The position numbers and the translations under genes were made by a program. The notes under the pieces are model-generated. The model did not search any database. It was not told the origin of the DNA and saw nothing but the letters and a program-made list of their open reading frames with translations. Of a stretch of 64,000 bases of DNA, positions 59,708-64,000 are shown one piece after another. Every line of letters starts with the position of its first letter. Position 1 is the stretch's first letter. The stretch covers positions 35,860 through 99,859 of the forward strand of contig CALRAD010000001.1 of NCBI GenBank assembly GCA_943350395.1. Direction: 5' to 3'. The DNA comes from Candidatus Peribacteria bacterium (GTDB lineage Bacteria; Patescibacteriota; Gracilibacteria; Peribacterales; Peribacteraceae).

Positions 59708-62700
59708 TTATTGTAATTTTTCTAAGGAGCCTTCTGCACTCTTGAGCCTGCTTCTCACTTTCGGTTCCAAAGCATTGAATGTGCCCTTCGCTTTCGTCTT
59801 GAAACGTTCACAAGCTTCCGGACTCGGATCCCACTGATTTCCAAACCATTCACCGACGGTTCGCCATGGACGTGAAAGCGGCAACTGCTTTGAATCTTTA
59901 AAGTATTTCAGATTGAATTCCTCCAAGCTCATCTCTGCATATCCATTATTCTTGAGCACTGAAAATTCAAGTACCCATGAAATGGTATCGTGCAGAAGCG
60001 GAGCAAGCTCTCCGGCAGCTTTATAGAGCTTCAAAAGCTCGACTTCCGCAGCAGGATTCTGCAATCCCTTCAAGCTGAGAAGCGGATCTTTGTCGATCAC
60101 ACCCTTTGAAAGAATCTGTACGACGGCGCGATCGATGAGATATTGGATCCTTGCACGTTCCACATCGTTTGCACTCGTTCGAAGCTGGAGAAGAGGACGA
60201 AGATCATCGGCTTTTTTCAACGAAGGCAAGATCCTGTCGGCAACGTTCTTGATGTTCGGAACATTGACTCCCTGCAGGTAATTATGGAATTCGTCTTTGT
60301 TACCATCGTAATTTTTTGCGTTAAGCGAAGCCAACGTATTGTCAAATTTCTCACGCAGCTTGGTAGAACGACCTCTTGCCTTTCTGATCTCGCCAAGAAG
60401 ATCCTTTTGCGATTGAAGATCGGTATTGTCAAACGGAGCCTCCTCTGCCTGCGCCAATTCGTCATCATCAATCTGCTTCACTTCCTCGTGTTTCTCCAAA
60501 TCCTGCTCACTCACATCCGGAGGTTCCACACCAGCCAACATCCATTTCGCCCTCGGATGATTCAAGGCAAGACCCAATTCATCAGGCATACCGACATCCG
60601 GTACTGAGAATGCTGCAAACAGTTTTTCCCTGTCACGAATATCACCGCTTGTGACTCTCTTCACTTCTGGACTGTTGCCTCGTCTGCTGCGCAATGCATC
60701 GAGATAATTTTGTGCATCCTTCACTTTCAGCGTCAAATCCATGCCCTGCGGATTGTCCTTGTTCGAAAGCATGCTTTCGAGAAGCACGTTGGTGGTGAGC
60801 GTCGAAAGATACTCTTCGTATTTTTTGTACTCATCGGGTTGCAGAGTTACTTTCGCTTCCTGCTTCAAACCATCGGTGTACTTCGCCAGTTCGTAGACGG
60901 TGTAATCCTTGGCTTTTTCGTAGGAGAGGAAAGAGGTCAAATACGCCGACCAATCGGCGGCACCCCCCATAAACGTTCCGTTGTTCTGGTCCGCATAATC
61001 TTTGAGCGCTCCGCTCAGAACTCGATCCTGACCGATCACAGAGAGAATCTCAGCGTTGTTATAGCGCGAGCGAATGTAATCATATGCTTGGACAAGATTG
61101 ACATCCCTCGCTGCAACGTTAAATTTCATAGTAGCAGGATCAAAATCTACCGGCCAAGTAACATCAAGGCGCTTCTTCGATGTGTAGTTTTTGTTGTCTC
61201 TGTTGTTGAAAATTTCCTGAGCACGATCTGCAGCCATGAAAGAGAAAATTTCGCGTTTTAACAATTCATAACGCAACATTCGTTCTGCCGGATCTTTTGT
61301 ATCTTTCTCGATGAACTCCTTCGTATTCGGGTCTTGCGTCGGCAATTCAATTCCAATTTGTGTCAGCCATTTGTCGACGAGATTTTCATGTCTGGCACCG
61401 AGCGGCTTTGCCGCGTTGTTCATCAAGGCGACGAGATCCGTACGGAACGTGTGAACTTGTGACACCTCTTGAATATCGATGTTCTCGACGCGCTTTCCGA
61501 AGAAGGCGAAGAAAGCCGCCTCGAAGCCCTGCAAAATCCTGCCGGTCACTCCATGGGCGCGCATTTCGCGATACAACTCGAGCGCCTTTCGCTCGCGCAC
61601 GAAATCCACACCCGCTTTCCCTTTCTCGAACACCCAATTCAAGCCTTGCGGAGTCTGGCTGACCAATACTCCCGCTTCGCTGCAAAGTTTCTTGAGCAAT
61701 ACCCATGACGCCTGTAGATCCTCGACAACTTCTGCTTTGAACTTAAATCCGCTGACAATTGCCCACTTTTTGAAAGACTCTATCGACTCCATGGAATTAT
61801 CGACAACATCGCCAATAAGGAGAGGGGTCTGGTCAATGGCGTGCTCAACCTTCACCTGCAGGAAGGAAGCTCCCTGTTCAAATTTATTTTTTGCAGAAGC
61901 ACCAAGCACTCCCAATTTTGCCCATCCCAATTCGCTGAACGTTGTCTCGTCGAGAGCCGCATTCACAGCCGGAGTCGGACGCTCGAAGATGAGAACATCC
62001 TCCATCGTGAACTGACCACCCGGACGCTTCTTCGCCGCATCCTTGAGTTTCTTGGCAATGCCCATATCGGCAATATAGTTTTCGTTGAAATTGACGTAAC
62101 GCTTCCGTAAATGTGTGGCTCCGAGCGCGGCGCGCTGCTCAGGTGTTCCTCCACCGAGCGCATTGCGATCAGCAGTTTGAATGCAGAGATATTCGAGTGC
62201 CTTGAGCATCGTCTCGTATCCCTGCTTCCGGAGTTCTGCTCCGGGGAATTGATTGGCAGATGCGATGCCGATGGCGGCAACGACTTTATTGACTCTGAGT
62301 GAAGACGGAATGCCTGCAGTGAAATCGCTTCCTCCATTACTCTTCACTTTGTCTCTCCAGTCGAGAAGTTGACCGATACCAATCGGACTCTTCGGATTCA
62401 TAAGTTCGGCGACAGCGACGCGTCCCGGTTCATCATCAAGATTGAATTGCTTCTCCTTGCGACTCGAACGAACGAATTGTTCGAGTGAAGAACTGCGCTC
62501 ATTTTCAGGAACAAAGCGCATATTCATGCGGTCGAGAACGCCTTTTCCGGTTGCCCGTTTTACGGCGATATCAAGACCGACGAAAGCGGGAATACCGATG
62601 AGAACGTTTCGCCACATTCCTTCAGCTTTCCATGCACGGTAGATTGCATAGAGGGCTCCGAAAGCCAATCCGCCGGCAAGCAATTGCTCCGCTCGATCAC

Positions 62701-64000
62701 CGCTGTTGAACATATCGCTGAGCGTGTCCATCGCTGTGCGAACAGTGCTAAGAAGATCCTTGGAATGACCGCCACGTTCTAGCTGCTTTCGAACGACATT
62801 TTTATCCTGCACTTGATGCGCAAGATGCTGATGGATGAGACGCACGTAAAGAGATGCCTGCATCGATGTCATCGGAACATCGACTGTCTTATCCACTCCC
62901 TTCTCCTTAGTCTTGAAGGCATAGGTCTGATCTTTGTCCTGAGTGTAAGCAGCAACCAACGCTTTGGAAGCACCCTTTCTATTGAATGCGGGATCGTCGT
63001 AGAGAATGGCTGAAAGAATGACACCTGCTTTCGCCTTATCATTGATGAGATCATCGACACTGAGAGATACTCCTTTCTTGGTGCGCATATCACTCAAAAT
63101 CTGCGTCAGCGCATGAGGAATGACACGAATACCCGTATCGTTCGTCATAGGCTGCAAGATATCCCTGCCGCTCATCGTCTCTGCCTGGTTCACGCGACCA
63201 ACGTAGTCCGCAACCGGATCTGCAAGATCGGGGTTTTGTAAGGCGTATGCCTGAGGATTCTCCAAATATTTTTTTGCATCAACCATGCCTTTTGTCATCG
63301 CAAGATAGAAAGCCACATTGCGAATATGCTGATTCGGTTGAATGGAAAAATTTGTACCCTTCTCAAGATCCTCATAGACAGCCTTTGCCGTATCAAGAAG
63401 CATCGCCGCCTGCCTTGCCTTCTCTGCAGGAGTGGATGCAGGACCAATTGCCTTACCAATAAGATCAACCTCACTCTGAAGATCCCTCAATTGCTTGAAG
63501 GCATTCTCCATGTGGTTGTCTCCGGTTGCCGGCCAGGTTTCCAGTGTCTCGATTGCCGATCTAGCTCTGTAGAGAGCCTTATTTTTCATGATCAAGTCAT
63601 AAAGATTTTTGTCATCTGCCTGAGGTATAACGTTATCAGGAAGACTGGCAATCCAATCCCACCAGATGCCGACAAGCTTGCCTCCGGCAACAAATACAAC
63701 CTTCCTCGACTCACTGGTAATAAGTGCAACTAGCTCTTTCTCCTTTAGAGCTTTCTTTTCTACATTGCCAACTGGTACGCCAATCGCATTGCGAAGGTCA
63801 GCCTCAATTATATTGATGCCTTTGGCAGCCAACGCGGCACGCAATGCCGCAATATTTAAAATTGTTCCAATAAATGATTTTGCGATCATATCTTTTGCCT
63901 CACTTTCACCAAGAAGCTTGTCATACGCAGCCTTCACTTCAGCGGGAGCAAGATGATCTCCGGTCATCAACTTATTCCATTCCTGCCGTGCACCCGTTTG
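59708..64000 (-). CDS. Very large hypothetical protein, 5' end outside the window
   Basis: Frame open to the window edge (>1430 aa); TM pair LLAGGLAFGALYAIY and VLIGIPAFVGLDIAV. Confidence 0.85.
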   Translation of the reverse strand, partial: QTGARQEWNKLMTGDHLAPAEVKAAYDKLLGESEAKDMIAKSFIGTILNIAALRAALAAKGINIIEADLRNAIGVPVGNVEKKALKEKELVALITSESRKVVFVAGGKLVGIWWDWIASLPDNVIPQADDKNLYDLIMKNKALYRARSAIETLETWPATGDNHMENAFKQLRDLQSEVDLIGKAIGPASTPAEKARQAAMLLDTAKAVYEDLEKGTNFSIQPNQHIRNVAFYLAMTKGMVDAKKYLENPQAYALQNPDLADPVADYVGRVNQAETMSGRDILQPMTNDTGIRVIPHALTQILSDMRTKKGVSLSVDDLINDKAKAGVILSAILYDDPAFNRKGASKALVAAYTQDKDQTYAFKTKEKGVDKTVDVPMTSMQASLYVRLIHQHLAHQVQDKNVVRKQLERGGHSKDLLSTVRTAMDTLSDMFNSGDRAEQLLAGGLAFGALYAIYRAWKAEGMWRNVLIGIPAFVGLDIAVKRATGKGVLDRMNMRFVPENERSSSLEQFVRSSRKEKQFNLDDEPGRVAVAELMNPKSPIGIGQLLDWRDKVKSNGGSDFTAGIPSSLRVNKVVAAIGIASANQFPGAELRKQGYETMLKALEYLCIQTADRNALGGGTPEQRAALGATHLRKRYVNFNENYIADMGIAKKLKDAAKKRPGGQFTMEDVLIFERPTPAVNAALDETTFSELGWAKLGVLGASAKNKFEQGASFLQVKVEHAIDQTPLLIGDVVDNSMESIESFKKWAIVSGFKFKAEVVEDLQASWVLLKKLCSEAGVLVSQTPQGLNWVFEKGKAGVDFVRERKALELYREMRAHGVTGRILQGFEAAFFAFFGKRVENIDIQEVSQVHTFRTDLVALMNNAAKPLGARHENLVDKWLTQIGIELPTQDPNTKEFIEKDTKDPAERMLRYELLKREIFSFMAADRAQEIFNNRDNKNYTSKKRLDVTWPVDFDPATMKFNVAARDVNLVQAYDYIRSRYNNAEILSVIGQDRVLSGALKDYADQNNGTFMGGAADWSAYLTSFLSYEKAKDYTVYELAKYTDGLKQEAKVTLQPDEYKKYEEYLSTLTTNVLLESMLSNKDNPQGMDLTLKVKDAQNYLDALRSRRGNSPEVKRVTSGDIRDREKLFAAFSVPDVGMPDELGLALNHPRAKWMLAGVEPPDVSEQDLEKHEEVKQIDDDELAQAEEAPFDNTDLQSQKDLLGEIRKARGRSTKLREKFDNTLASLNAKNYDGNKDEFHNYLQGVNVPNIKNVADRILPSLKKADDLRPLLQLRTSANDVERARIQYLIDRAVVQILSKGVIDKDPLLSLKGLQNPAAEVELLKLYKAAGELAPLLHDTISWVLEFSVLKNNGYAEMSLEEFNLKYFKDSKQLPLSRPWRTVGEWFGNQWDPSPEACERFKTKAKGTFNALEPKVRSRLKSAEGSLEKLQ

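Overview
Core chromosomal region of a small-genome bacterium, most consistent with Patescibacteria/CPR of the Peregrinibacteria-Peribacteria type. That assignment is inference from the archaeal-type ProRS, alpha2 GlyRS, SLH proteins, large lineage-specific ORFs and TGA used as stop (code 11). The window holds translation and transcription genes (ychF, queA, proS, tRNA-Asn, tsf, rpsB, glyQS, rpsU, fusA, rpsG, rpsL, rpoC) and metabolic genes (ribD, purN, carA, cofE-like, folate/biopterin transporter, cyanophycinase-like). It also holds a small islet after tRNA-Asn, a 12-kb Wzm/Wzt glycan cluster, SLH surface proteins and an operon of very large unknown proteins. Best leads: (1) a 119-aa HxGH nucleotidyltransferase coupled to APS kinase beside a sulfotransferase-containing glycan cluster, a candidate minimal PAPS pathway for a sulfated and methylated cell-surface polymer; (2) several families of short palindromic elements, three of them in frame inside proteins and one beside a duplicated fusA 5' end; (3) recurrent TAnnnT boxes 6-8 nt before start codons, suggesting leaderless expression; (4) a degenerate SF2 helicase/tandem-ArsR operon and the giant-protein operon. 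All product calls come from motif recognition by eye; no database searches were run.
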